NCBI GenBank assembly: GCA_051117635.1
Contig: JBNPEH010000005.1
Span: forward strand, 42,389 to 106,388
Source of the DNA: Opitutales bacterium
Lineage (GTDB): Bacteria > Verrucomicrobiota > Verrucomicrobiia > Opitutales > JABSRG01
DNA length: 64,000 bases
Direction: 5' to 3'
The notes under the pieces are model-generated. The model did no database searches. It worked only from the letters and a program-made list of their open reading frames with translations, and was not told the origin of the DNA. How positions within the stretch are numbered: position 1 is the stretch's first letter; the number at the start of each line of letters is the position of its first letter. Positions 55,306 through 64,000 of this stretch are shown in pieces. A program made the position numbers and the translations under genes.

Positions 55306-57744
55306 ATGAACACTCGCAAACTCATCACCTTCGGGCTGGCTGTCCTCACTTTGGGCATCAGCACCCCGCTCTTCGCCCAGGAAGACGAAGAAATTCTGAT
55401 TCTGGAGACTCTGGAGAGCAACGATATTCCCGTCGAGGAAAGCATCCTGCCGACCACGCGTCCCTTCAACTCCGTCTATGGCACCGATCGCAGCGTCCTC
55501 GACACGCCGCGCAACGTGACCATCATCTCACGCGAACAGCTTGATGCGATCAGCATCCAGACCCCGCGCGACTTCTCCAAGCTGACCTCCAGCTCCTACA
55601 CGAAGTCGAACTTCGGTGCGCCCACCACGCCGAACCTGCGCGGTCAGGAGGCCGATCTGTTCATTAACGGGATGCGGATGGGCCTGACCTCCAACGGCAA
55701 CGGCCTGCCGATCAACTTCAATGCCGTGGAATCCGCGAACATCGTCAAGGGGCCGGCTGGCGCCGTCTACGGAACCTCCAGCTACCAGGGCGGTTATGCG
55801 GACCTCATCACCAAGAAGCCGTTCTTCGACCAGAATCGCGGCTATGCGACCCTGACCGTCGGCTCCTACGAGCAGCTCCGCTGGCAGCTCGATTACAGCT
55901 GGGTGCTTTCCGAAACATCCGCCTTCCGGATCTCCTACTCCGGCGAAGAATCCAACAGCTTCTACGAGTTCGGCAAGAAAAACACCCAGGCCATTTACGG
56001 CGCCTACACCTGGCGTCCCGACGAGGTCCTGACCATCGAACTGAGTGCCCAGTACTTCCAGGCCGACTACACCGAGAACTGGGGCATGAACCGCCCGACC
56101 CAGGCGCTCATTGACGACGGGCTCTACATTCCCAACAGCCAGACCGACGCCGAGTATGAGGCCTATGTCGCCAACCTCGGCAACGGCATCGGTTCCTTCA
56201 GCTTCGGCGACAATCCGCAGCCCGGCGTCAACCAGGCCTCGGTCTTCGGCGGGGCCGGCTTCGCCACCATCGCGCCGCTTGATGTGGACAACCCGGTCAA
56301 GCTTGACCGCAGCAAGCGCCTGCTGGCTCCCGGCGACGACTCCTTCGGCCGCAATGTGCAGGCTCAGCTCATCGCCACCTGGAACATCAGCGACCAGTTC
56401 AGCATTCAGTCGAACAGCTTCTATCAGTGGATCGACCGCCAGACCTTCAGCTCCTATCACTACTCGGAACTGCTGCGCGACAACTGGAGCTTCGACAACC
56501 GCACCGAGTTCCGCTTCGACTACGATATCGGCGAAAACATGAATGTCTCGCTGAACACCGGCGCCCGCTTCCGCTATCAGGAGGTCTGGTCGGTCAACCA
56601 CTTCTTCAATGAGCCGGTCAACTTCTGGGACCTGACTCGCGATCCCGATACCCGCCGCGTTCCCGACCAGGGCTTCGCCGGTTTCCCGACCATCCCGGAT
56701 GAGCCGGCACGGGGTATCCTCGATGCCTGGTACTACGGGGGGACGGGCGCCGACACCGATGGCTATATCCTGGGCGGCTTCGTCCAGGGTGATTTCCAGA
56801 TCAATGAGAAGTTCAGCCTGCTGGCCGGCATCAACTACGACTACGTGAGTGCCCGCGCCCGCAACCCGGTGGACGGTTCGGGCGAGATCGACGACCAGAT
56901 GTTCCTTCCCAACTGGAACATCAGCCCGATCTACAAAATCAACGAAAACCTGACGGCCTACGTCACATTCAATGCCAGCGAGTCCCACCCCGTCGACACC
57001 GGTGGTCGCTTCGATCCGGCGGCATTCGACAATCCGGAGGAATCCGAGCTCTTCGAAGTCGGCCTGAAGGGCAGCTACCTCAACAACACGCTGTTCTTCA
57101 GCACCGCCTTCGTCGACCGGACCTTCGAGGTGTCGAATCAGGACAACACCCGCGACACCGTCTGGGTCAACACCTTCGAGTTCGAGCTTAACTACCAGCC
57201 GAACCCGAACTTCTTCGCGACCTTCGGCTACAGCTACCTCGACGCAGAACGCACGCTCTCCTTCTTCGCTTCGGCCTATACCGCCGACCGCGCGGATGAG
57301 ACCGGCGGCCTTTTCATCCAGCCGACCTTCCCGTCCCCGGCCGACCCCGAACAGCGCCTGACGTTCCCCGGCAGCCCGGAGCATCTGGCCAACGCACTGC
57401 TCAGCTACAAGTGGGACAACGGGTTCGGTGTGCAGCTCAACTTCCAGAGCTGGGGCCCGATGAACCTCGGTTTCGAAGGGTTTGAAGCTTTCGTTTTCGA
57501 ACCGCTGCCCGGTGGCGGCCTCGGTGACGGTTTTCCGATCACGGTCAATACCGTGGAAGTCCCGTGGTCCTACGAGGTCGACCTGACGGTCATGTACGAA
57601 ACCGGCCCCTGGGATTTCCGGCTGACCGCCTTCAACGTGACCGACGAGGAAAACTGGGACGCGCCCAACGCCGGTTACGGCAACGGCTCCGTCGTGGCCC
57701 GCCTCCCCACCACCCTCGAGTTCACTGCTCGCTACAACTTCTAA
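55306..57744 (+). CDS. TonB-dependent outer-membrane receptor
   Basis: Signal peptide MNTRKLITFGLAVLTLGISTPLFAQ. Plug motifs (DTPRNVTIISREQL, NLRGQEADLFINGMR). Barrel ending ...LEFTARYNF. Confidence 0.9.
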   Translation: MNTRKLITFGLAVLTLGISTPLFAQEDEEILILETLESNDIPVEESILPTTRPFNSVYGTDRSVLDTPRNVTIISREQLDAISIQTPRDFSKLTSSSYTKSNFGAPTTPNLRGQEADLFINGMRMGLTSNGNGLPINFNAVESANIVKGPAGAVYGTSSYQGGYADLITKKPFFDQNRGYATLTVGSYEQLRWQLDYSWVLSETSAFRISYSGEESNSFYEFGKKNTQAIYGAYTWRPDEVLTIELSAQYFQADYTENWGMNRPTQALIDDGLYIPNSQTDAEYEAYVANLGNGIGSFSFGDNPQPGVNQASVFGGAGFATIAPLDVDNPVKLDRSKRLLAPGDDSFGRNVQAQLIATWNISDQFSIQSNSFYQWIDRQTFSSYHYSELLRDNWSFDNRTEFRFDYDIGENMNVSLNTGARFRYQEVWSVNHFFNEPVNFWDLTRDPDTRRVPDQGFAGFPTIPDEPARGILDAWYYGGTGADTDGYILGGFVQGDFQINEKFSLLAGINYDYVSARARNPVDGSGEIDDQMFLPNWNISPIYKINENLTAYVTFNASESHPVDTGGRFDPAAFDNPEESELFEVGLKGSYLNNTLFFSTAFVDRTFEVSNQDNTRDTVWVNTFEFELNYQPNPNFFATFGYSYLDAERTLSFFASAYTADRADETGGLFIQPTFPSPADPEQRLTFPGSPEHLANALLSYKWDNGFGVQLNFQSWGPMNLGFEGFEAFVFEPLPGGGLGDGFPITVNTVEVPWSYEVDLTVMYETGPWDFRLTAFNVTDEENWDAPNAGYGNGSVVARLPTTLEFTARYNF

Positions 57745-57786
57745 GCGCGGCAATCACACTTCTTTCGGATTACCCGAAACCCTTCA

Positions 57787-57827
57787 GCGCCCCGTCGGCA
57801 TGTACCGGCGGGGCGTTTTTATTTTTT
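57787..57827 (+). terminator. Rho-independent terminator of the TonB-dependent receptor gene
   Basis: gcgccccgtcgg catgta ccggcggggcg followed by tttttatttttt. This is the only canonical stem plus U-tract I saw in the window. Confidence 0.8.
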
Positions 57828-57847
57828 GGGGAAGCCGGCAACCAGGC

Positions 57848-57982
57848 AGGGGCGTTGCTTGCGACGCCCGTCTGCCGTAGGGGCGTTGCTTGCGACGCCC
57901 GTCGGTGGCCGGAAGACAGTCGGTATTGCTTCGCCAGGCCCGTTCTGATCGGGCGTCGCAAGCAACGCCCCTACGGCAGACG
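57848..57982. repeat. REP-like palindromic repeat cluster: two direct copies and one inverted copy
   Basis: aggggcgttgcttgcgacgcccgtc at 57848-57872 and 57879-57903. The 32-bp segment 57869-57900 is exactly reverse-complementary to 57951-57982. Each unit is itself a hairpin (gggcgt...acgccc). Confidence 0.85.
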
Positions 57983-58133
57983 AAGTCCCCCCGGGGAACG
58001 GGAACAACTCACCGGGAGGGCCGCCGTGCGCCTCGGCAAAGCATCAGGTGCCGCCGGGCATGCCGATTGCTTTTCGCGGACGGGTCCTCGACGCTACCAC
58101 GGCCCTCACCCCAACCCCTCCTTCCCTTTCCCC

Positions 58134-59744
58134 ATGAAACCCTTCGTCAAAGGTGACATCGACGGCTTCTTCGCGCTGGGCCTCGACAACCTGCTCATGC
58201 TGATCCTGATGAGCAGCCTCTGTCTCGGCTTTCTGCAGTTTTCCCCGGACCTGTTCTACGGGCGCATCCTGCCGGCAACCGCCATCGGCCTGGTCATCGG
58301 CAATCTCTTTTACGCCCGCCAGGCGCTGCAGTTGGCCAGAAAGGAAAACCGCACGGATGTCTGCGCCATTCCATACGGCCCCAGCCTGCTGACCATTTTT
58401 GTCTTCGTCTTCCTGGTGATGTACCCCGCCCAGCAGAAGGCGCTGACCGGTTTTCTGGCGGAGGGCATGAGCCAGGAGGAGGCCAAGGCCGCGGCGGACA
58501 TCGTGGCCTGGCAAGCCGGGCTGATCGCCTGCTTCGCCTCCGGCCTGATCGAGTTCTTCGGTGCCTTTGTGGCCGAGCGGCTGCGGAGCATCACCCCGCG
58601 CGCGGCGCTGCTGGCCGCGCTGGCCGGAATCGGTCTGTTCTTCATCGGGGTGGATTTCATTTTCCGGGCCTGGATGTTTCCGATTGTCGGCATGAGCACG
58701 CTGGCGATCACCCTGGTGATCTACTTTGGCCGGGTCCGGTTCAACGGAGGAGTGCCCGCCGGTTTCGTGATCCTGCTGGTCGGCACGGTCCTCTCCTGGA
58801 TTTTCTACCGGGGAACGCTGGTCGGCACGACGCCGATCGATGCGGGACAGTTCGGCCTGCGGCTACCGATCCCGGTTATCGGAGATCTGGTCGCCTCCTT
58901 CAGTTTTCTGGTCGAATACCTGCCGATCATCATCCCGATCGGGTTTATCCACCTGATCCTGTCGCTGCAGAACATCGAATCGGCCGCGGCGGCCGGCGAC
59001 AGCTACGCAAGCAAACCCGCACTCGCCTTCAACGGCCTGGGGACGCTGGCCGCGGCCTGCTTCGGCTCACCCTTTGCGACCAGCATTTACATCGGCCACC
59101 CGGGCTGGAAGGCGCTGGGGGCCCGCGCCGGTTATTCCACCGCCAACGCGATGGTGATGTCGCTGATCTGCTTTTCGGGCACCCTGTCGGTCGTCGTCTG
59201 GCTGGTGCCGATCGAGGCGGGCATGGCCATCCTCATCTGGATCGGCGTCATGATGGCCACTCAGGCCTTCAACGCGACGCCCAACCGGCACGCGCCGGCA
59301 GTCGTCATCGGGCTGATACCCGCCGTGGGGGCCTTTGCCGCCATGATCCTGAAACACGGCCTGTTTATCGGCAGTGACCTGGCGGCGGGAGAAACGCTCT
59401 TCACCCCTGAAACAGTGGCCTCGCTGATGGAGGTCCGCAATTTCTTCGCGGACGGTCTTTTCGCAATGGAACAGGGCTATGTCTTCTCCTCGATCATCCT
59501 GGCCGCGGCGACGGTCGCCATCATTGAGCAGCAGTTCAACAAGGCGGCCCTCTGGTTCCTGCTGGGCGGTGCCCTGTCGGCAGTCGGATTCATCCACCAG
59601 TACCAGTTCACCTTCACCGACGTGGTGCCCGCGCTCGGCTTCAGCCTCAACAAGTGGGTGGTCGGCTACGCCATCATGGCCGCCATCGTCGCGCTGGTCC
59701 CCTACCTGACCCATTCGACCGACCGGCAGGCCGAGCCGGTCTGA
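58134..59744 (+). CDS. NCS2/AzgA-like nucleobase (purine) permease
   Basis: MKPFVKGDIDGFFALGLDNLLMLIL... and 12 or more hydrophobic segments. The 726-aa ORF upstream of ATG 58134 covers the repeat region, so I do not treat that part as coding. Confidence 0.8.
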   Translation: MKPFVKGDIDGFFALGLDNLLMLILMSSLCLGFLQFSPDLFYGRILPATAIGLVIGNLFYARQALQLARKENRTDVCAIPYGPSLLTIFVFVFLVMYPAQQKALTGFLAEGMSQEEAKAAADIVAWQAGLIACFASGLIEFFGAFVAERLRSITPRAALLAALAGIGLFFIGVDFIFRAWMFPIVGMSTLAITLVIYFGRVRFNGGVPAGFVILLVGTVLSWIFYRGTLVGTTPIDAGQFGLRLPIPVIGDLVASFSFLVEYLPIIIPIGFIHLILSLQNIESAAAAGDSYASKPALAFNGLGTLAAACFGSPFATSIYIGHPGWKALGARAGYSTANAMVMSLICFSGTLSVVVWLVPIEAGMAILIWIGVMMATQAFNATPNRHAPAVVIGLIPAVGAFAAMILKHGLFIGSDLAAGETLFTPETVASLMEVRNFFADGLFAMEQGYVFSSIILAAATVAIIEQQFNKAALWFLLGGALSAVGFIHQYQFTFTDVVPALGFSLNKWVVGYAIMAAIVALVPYLTHSTDRQAEPV

Positions 59745-59771
59745 CGACTCGGCCGTCAGCTGGCATTACCC

Positions 59772-60656
59772 ATGCTCCCCGAAGGCATGCGCCTTTTTTC
59801 CGTGCTGACGCTGACCGGCCTGCTGACCGGGGCAAGCGCCCTATCCGCCGCGGGGCCGGTTGACCCGGAAATCGCCAACCAGGGCACGAGCCTCACCTTT
59901 TCCGGCGGTTGGGAGGCGGCCCCGGAAGGCAACTTCACCCTGACCCGGGAGGAACTGGCGGCCATCCCGGGCGTCAAGACCGTCCGGGAGACCATGATCG
60001 GCCAGAGCGAGCCGGCCGATGTCACCGTCCTGCCGCTACAGGATTTCCTGAAGGCCTACCCGCCCCTGAATCCCGAGGCCGGGCTGGTCCTGGAGTGCCT
60101 CGACAAGTGGGAGAGCTTCCTGCCGCCGGAATTCATCGAGGAGCACAATCCGTATCTGCTTTTGTACTACAACGGAGACCCGCCCGGCATGGGAACGTGG
60201 CCGATGTTCGGCGGGGACATCGAGGCCATGGCCCCCTTCTACGTTTACGTCAGCAAGTTTGAAACGCCCGGCTTTGTCTACGACACGAAGTACGGCATGG
60301 TCTCCGCCACACAGATGTCCGGCATCCGCCTCGAAACCGAGGAAGAGCGCTACGCCCCGTTCTACGCCGGAAAAAACGGTGAACTCAGCGAGATCGCGCA
60401 AACCGGCCGGGCGCTGTTTCTCCGGCGCTGCAATACCTGCCACCAGGGTCCCGGCGGGGTCGGCGGCAACGTGTCCGCCCGCCCCTTCCAGATCCTGCAG
60501 GCCCACGCCAAATTCAACCCCGGCTACTTCCGCAGCACGGTGGCCAACCCGAAAGCCGTTTTCCCGGAGACCATCATGCCGAAGCATGAAGATTTCGGCC
60601 CGGCCGAATTCGAGGCCCTCATCGCCTTTCTCTCCCAAGCGGACCCCCAGCCATGA
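59772..60656 (+). CDS. Exported protein with a C-terminal mono-haem cytochrome c domain
   Basis: Signal-like MRLFSVLTLTGLLTGASALSAAG. CNTCH haem-binding motif with a downstream Met (TIMPKHE). The N-terminal domain is not recognised. Confidence 0.7.
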   Translation: MLPEGMRLFSVLTLTGLLTGASALSAAGPVDPEIANQGTSLTFSGGWEAAPEGNFTLTREELAAIPGVKTVRETMIGQSEPADVTVLPLQDFLKAYPPLNPEAGLVLECLDKWESFLPPEFIEEHNPYLLLYYNGDPPGMGTWPMFGGDIEAMAPFYVYVSKFETPGFVYDTKYGMVSATQMSGIRLETEEERYAPFYAGKNGELSEIAQTGRALFLRRCNTCHQGPGGVGGNVSARPFQILQAHAKFNPGYFRSTVANPKAVFPETIMPKHEDFGPAEFEALIAFLSQADPQP

Positions 60657-61618
60657 AGCCCCGCCCCCTGTGTCTGGTCATTGGTGTTCTCGCTATCGGC
60701 CTGAATCCGCTGCCAGCCTCCGGGGACCAGAGGCAGCCGGTTACCTTTCAACCCGACTGGTTTCCCAACGGCCAGTTCGCCGGTTTCTTCCTCGCCGAGG
60801 CGGATGGACTCTATGCAGATGCCGGACTGGATGTGACCATCGCCTCATTCGATTTCGGTACCGACTTCATCCGTCAGGTCGCCGAGGGCGGACCGGTTAT
60901 CGGGACGGCGGAAGCCTATATCCTGATCGATCGGATTGCCGCCGGCGAACCGCTTGTCGCCATCGGCGCGGTTCTAGGCCAGAGCCCGGCCGGTTACATC
61001 TATCTGGCGGACTCCGGGATCGAACAACCGGCGGACCTGGCGGGAAAGCGGGTCGGCGTCCACAATTACGCAGAGGAACTGCTACCCTACTTCCTGAATC
61101 AGGCGGGACTCGTCGAAGATGCAGCTGAAGGCGTCATCGTGAAACATGATGTATCCCTTCTGCTGGATGGCCAGGTGGACCTGCACCAGGGTTATGCCAT
61201 CGATGAGATGCTCCGCCTGCGGAAACAGACCGATCGTCCGGTGGACATCCTCCTGTTCGAGGAACTCGGGCTGCCCATGCTATCCATGGTCATCTACACC
61301 AACCGCACCTTCCTGAAAGATCATCCGGATCAGGTGCGCGCCTTTCTTGACAGCAGCCGGACGGGCTGGCGCAGAGCGGTCGATGAGCCCGAACGGACAG
61401 CCGCGCTGATCACCGGCTACCATGCCCATCCCGAGGTCGATCCCTCCCTCCTGCCCGAGCAGATCCGTGCCCTCCACGCCTTTGTCTTCATGGCCGGACG
61501 CGAGCCACTCAGTCTGGCCGGGGACCGCTGGGAGGCCATGCAGGCCGCCTTCCTGAAAGCCGGTATGATCAAGAGCGAAGTTCCCGCCCGGGATTCCATC
61601 TGGCAAGACGTCCCCTGA
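60653..61618 (+). CDS. NMT1/THI5-like ABC substrate-binding protein
   Basis: Signal peptide. FQPDWFPNGQFAGFFLAEADGLYADAGLDV motif. ATGA overlap with the cytochrome c gene. Confidence 0.8.
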   Translation: MKPRPLCLVIGVLAIGLNPLPASGDQRQPVTFQPDWFPNGQFAGFFLAEADGLYADAGLDVTIASFDFGTDFIRQVAEGGPVIGTAEAYILIDRIAAGEPLVAIGAVLGQSPAGYIYLADSGIEQPADLAGKRVGVHNYAEELLPYFLNQAGLVEDAAEGVIVKHDVSLLLDGQVDLHQGYAIDEMLRLRKQTDRPVDILLFEELGLPMLSMVIYTNRTFLKDHPDQVRAFLDSSRTGWRRAVDEPERTAALITGYHAHPEVDPSLLPEQIRALHAFVFMAGREPLSLAGDRWEAMQAAFLKAGMIKSEVPARDSIWQDVP

Positions 61619-61627
61619 TACCAATTC

Positions 61628-64000
61628 TCAAAATGATTGCGACCCTGATGCTGACTGCCGTTCGGGGCCGACCAACACCGCGATCCGGCGATCGGGGGTA
61701 AACTGTCGCCGGACATAGGCGGAAATGGCTTCGGGGTCCAACGCATCCACCCGGTTGTCGAAATCCTCGGCGTCGTTCACCGGCTGGCCATAGAGCGCAT
61801 TGAGCCCGGCCCGGAACACACGCGAGGAGAGGTTCTGGCGCCCCATCCGCCGCTGGGCCTTGAGCCGCTTGCGCGCCCGCTCCAGCTCTTCGGGCGCCGG
61901 CCCTTCGACTCCCAGGCGCTCGATTTCCGCATCGATGGCCGCCACCACACGATCGGCCGTGTCCGGAGCGGTGCCGCCGAAAAAGACAAAGGCCCCGCAG
62001 TCCGTACCCGAAATGCGCCCCGCCCCGATGAAATAGGCCAGGCCCTGTTCTTCCCGAACGGTTTCGAAGAGATGGCTCGCCATGCCGCTGCACAGTTCGT
62101 TGACGGCATCACCGACCACATGGTCCTCATCCCTGACCCCCACGTCGGGAAACACCAGGTGCACCACGGTCTGCGCGGATTCACGGTGGAACTGAACCGT
62201 GGTCGGCTTCTCCGGTCCCGCGTAGGGAGGGTACGGCGGCTCGACCGCTTGCCCTGACCAGTCGCCCAGGGCGGCATCCAGGCGCTTGAGCAGGTCCTCG
62301 GGCTCGAAGCTGCCAGCGGCCACCAAAACGCCATTGTGCGGCGAAACCAGACGATCGGCATAAGCTTGGAGATCGTCCGTCCTGAGATTTCGGATACACG
62401 CCGGCAGCCCGATGGCATTGACGGCGAACGGGTGTTCCCGGAAAAAGGCCTTTCTGGCCTCACGCCGGGCGAAGCTGACCACGTCATCGGTGATTTCCTG
62501 GAATTCCGCCACCTGAGCGTCAATCTCCCGGCGCAGGGTGGATTCCTTAAAGGTCGGTCGCCGCAAAGCGTCCGCCAGCAAATCGATCCCAAGGTCCAGA
62601 TCCTCCATCATGACCTCCATCTCGAGGCCGAAACTGTTATTGCCGGAGAAGCAGTCGAAGTCCCCTCCCACCTGTTCGATCAACTCTGAAACCGCTTCAG
62701 CAGACCGCCGCCCGGTATCCCGGGTCAACAGGGTCGCGAGCAACTGGGTGATACCCCGTTGATCCGCGGGCTCAAACCGCGGCCCACCCTCGGCCAGCCA
62801 CCCAAGCGCCACCTTGGGCAGACGGCGGGTCGGCTGCAGCCAGACCCGGATCCCGTTGGCCAACCGGTGTTCCGCAAAGGGAGGCAGGCCTTCCCCGCTC
62901 GCGTCAGTCGTTTGCCGCCTGCCCTGGACCGACCGCCCCAGGCTGACGGCAGCCACCTGATTGCGGACAAACACCTTGCCCATCAGGGACGGCAAGTCAT
63001 CCGCAGGAACCGAACGCAGCCGCTCCAGATAAGTCCGGGAAAACTCCCGGTCGCCGACCACCACCTCGGCCATTCCCAGGCGCATCGCCTGCCCGCTCAT
63101 GGTCTTGCGGGTATTGATCTCGCCGATCATCGCTTCCCGGCGGGCCTTGTCGACCCGCGACTCCGGAATGCCCGTCCGCATCGTTTCCTCGATGACTTCC
63201 CAGATCGCCGGCTCGACGGCGGCCTGCTTGTCCGGATCACACTGGTAGGAAATCCAGAACAGGCCGCGTCCGCCGGGCACCCAGGCGTGGGCACCGATGC
63301 CGTGAACGAGCCCCTGCTCCTCACGCAGGCGACGCCAGAGCAGGGAGCTGCGGCCCGCGCCAAGAACACTGGAGAGCACGGATATACCGGGCGTGTCGGG
63401 ATCGGCGAGACCCGGAATCGGGAAAGCCAGGCCGCCCCGGGTCAATTCGGTGTCCGCGATCCGGTGGACTTCACGTCGCGCCAGCGGCAGCGGTTCATCC
63501 GGTATGACGGGGTCGGTCAGGCGCCCCATGGCATAGGTTCCCCAGGTCGCTTCCACCGCCTGCTGCAGAACATCGGCGGAGACGGCCCCGGCCACGATCA
63601 GGACGACATTGTTGGGAACGTATCGATATTTATAATACGCCTGCAGTTCGTCGGGTTGCAGGGACGAAAAAAGCGGCCGGTGACCGATAACCGGATGGCG
63701 ATAGGGGTGTTTTTTGAAAGCCGTCTGGAAGAGCGCCCGCGCCATCTGCCGGTCGGGATCGTCCAGACCCATATCGATCTCCCTTAAAATGACCTCTCTC
63801 TCCGAACGGGCGTCGTCCGCGTCGAGACGTGCGTTCAGGACAAGGTCCCCCAGCAGGTCGAGGACCGCGTGGACGCCCTCGGAGGGGGCGTCGATGTAAT
63901 AAACCGTGCGGTTGAACGTCGTGTAGGCATTCAGGTTGCCGCCCAGGCCGTGCACCTCCCGGGTCAGCTCCCGGCCGGAACGGCGGTGGGTTCCCTTGAA
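61628..64000 (-). CDS. M16 (pitrilysin/insulinase) family zinc peptidase, two-lobed (5' end runs off the right window edge)
   Basis: The frame stays open to position 64000 (FKGTHRRSGRELTREVHGLGGNLNAYT...). A second M16-like half follows. The HxxEH motif would lie beyond the window. Confidence 0.85.
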   Translation of the reverse strand, partial: FKGTHRRSGRELTREVHGLGGNLNAYTTFNRTVYYIDAPSEGVHAVLDLLGDLVLNARLDADDARSEREVILREIDMGLDDPDRQMARALFQTAFKKHPYRHPVIGHRPLFSSLQPDELQAYYKYRYVPNNVVLIVAGAVSADVLQQAVEATWGTYAMGRLTDPVIPDEPLPLARREVHRIADTELTRGGLAFPIPGLADPDTPGISVLSSVLGAGRSSLLWRRLREEQGLVHGIGAHAWVPGGRGLFWISYQCDPDKQAAVEPAIWEVIEETMRTGIPESRVDKARREAMIGEINTRKTMSGQAMRLGMAEVVVGDREFSRTYLERLRSVPADDLPSLMGKVFVRNQVAAVSLGRSVQGRRQTTDASGEGLPPFAEHRLANGIRVWLQPTRRLPKVALGWLAEGGPRFEPADQRGITQLLATLLTRDTGRRSAEAVSELIEQVGGDFDCFSGNNSFGLEMEVMMEDLDLGIDLLADALRRPTFKESTLRREIDAQVAEFQEITDDVVSFARREARKAFFREHPFAVNAIGLPACIRNLRTDDLQAYADRLVSPHNGVLVAAGSFEPEDLLKRLDAALGDWSGQAVEPPYPPYAGPEKPTTVQFHRESAQTVVHLVFPDVGVRDEDHVVGDAVNELCSGMASHLFETVREEQGLAYFIGAGRISGTDCGAFVFFGGTAPDTADRVVAAIDAEIERLGVEGPAPEELERARKRLKAQRRMGRQNLSSRVFRAGLNALYGQPVNDAEDFDNRVDALDPEAISAYVRRQFTPDRRIAVLVGPERQSASGSQSF

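Noticed and set aside
55528-57753. Very long antisense ORFs: 741 aa here, plus 21776..23641, 7465..8619, 48495..50027, 47446..48624, 35101..36846, 10537..11574, 13236..14225, 51872..53431, 62759..63787, 640..1746 and 20058..21335
   Set aside because: Each lies opposite a gene with clear family motifs. Their products are R/G/P/A-rich with no recognisable domains. Stop-poor antisense frames are expected in GC-rich DNA.
57848-57903. CRISPR array (two direct repeats with a 31-bp period)
   Set aside because: There are only two direct copies plus one inverted copy. The 'spacer' is 6 nt, the units are palindromic, and no cas genes are present. This is REP-like, not CRISPR.
57983-58133. Purine riboswitch upstream of the AzgA-like permease, and a cobalamin or other riboswitch upstream of the TonB-dependent receptor (55150-55305)
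   Set aside because: No UAUAAU...CUACCGGGCACCGUAAA-like purine core and no B12-box-like element is visible.

Overview
High-GC (by eye about 60-65 %) chromosomal segment. Gene content and style (cytoplasmic sulfatase, GxxExxY remnant, TPR and partner-switching signalling genes, almost no Shine-Dalgarno sequences) suggest a PVC-superphylum, Verrucomicrobiota-like bacterium. That is an impression, not a search result.

I call about 52 protein-coding genes, 2 of them pseudogene remnants and 2 running off the window edges. I saw no rRNA, tRNA, CRISPR array, transposase or integrase.

**Housekeeping backbone:** exbB/tolQ-like (partial), tmk-holB, pyrD, hemB, cysS, thrS, typA/bipA, crcB, a KAS and an M16 peptidase (partial).

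**Accessory and regulatory content:**
- A translationally coupled polytopic-membrane-protein plus membrane-anchored GTPase pair (DUF2868/DUF3482-like).
- A signalling and RimK island at 30995-38723: STAS, PAS kinase, receiver; RimB-like protease, RimK fused to an RCK_C domain, AstE/AspA-like deacylase; a second STAS; and a cNMP-PP2C-RsbW-like fusion.
- A GNAT/CN-hydrolase fusion next to a decayed ATP-grasp gene.
- A Cu-type P1B ATPase, a glycosyltransferase/ABC-2/KAS cluster, ABC importer parts without a permease, and an adenine deaminase, TonB-dependent receptor and nucleobase permease cluster.

**Most striking non-genic signal:** a dispersed repeat family that sits directly against stop codons. 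It fills four convergent intergenic spacers, one as a full 243-bp inverted-repeat-bounded structured element and one as a 70-bp deletion derivative. There are also a second about 240-bp element built from inverted TCAGTKG octamer arrays, a REP-like cluster with a 32-bp perfect inverted repeat, and a recurrent CCCTTTCC pyrimidine box just upstream of several start codons.

All functional calls rest on motif recognition in the supplied translations. No database search was possible.
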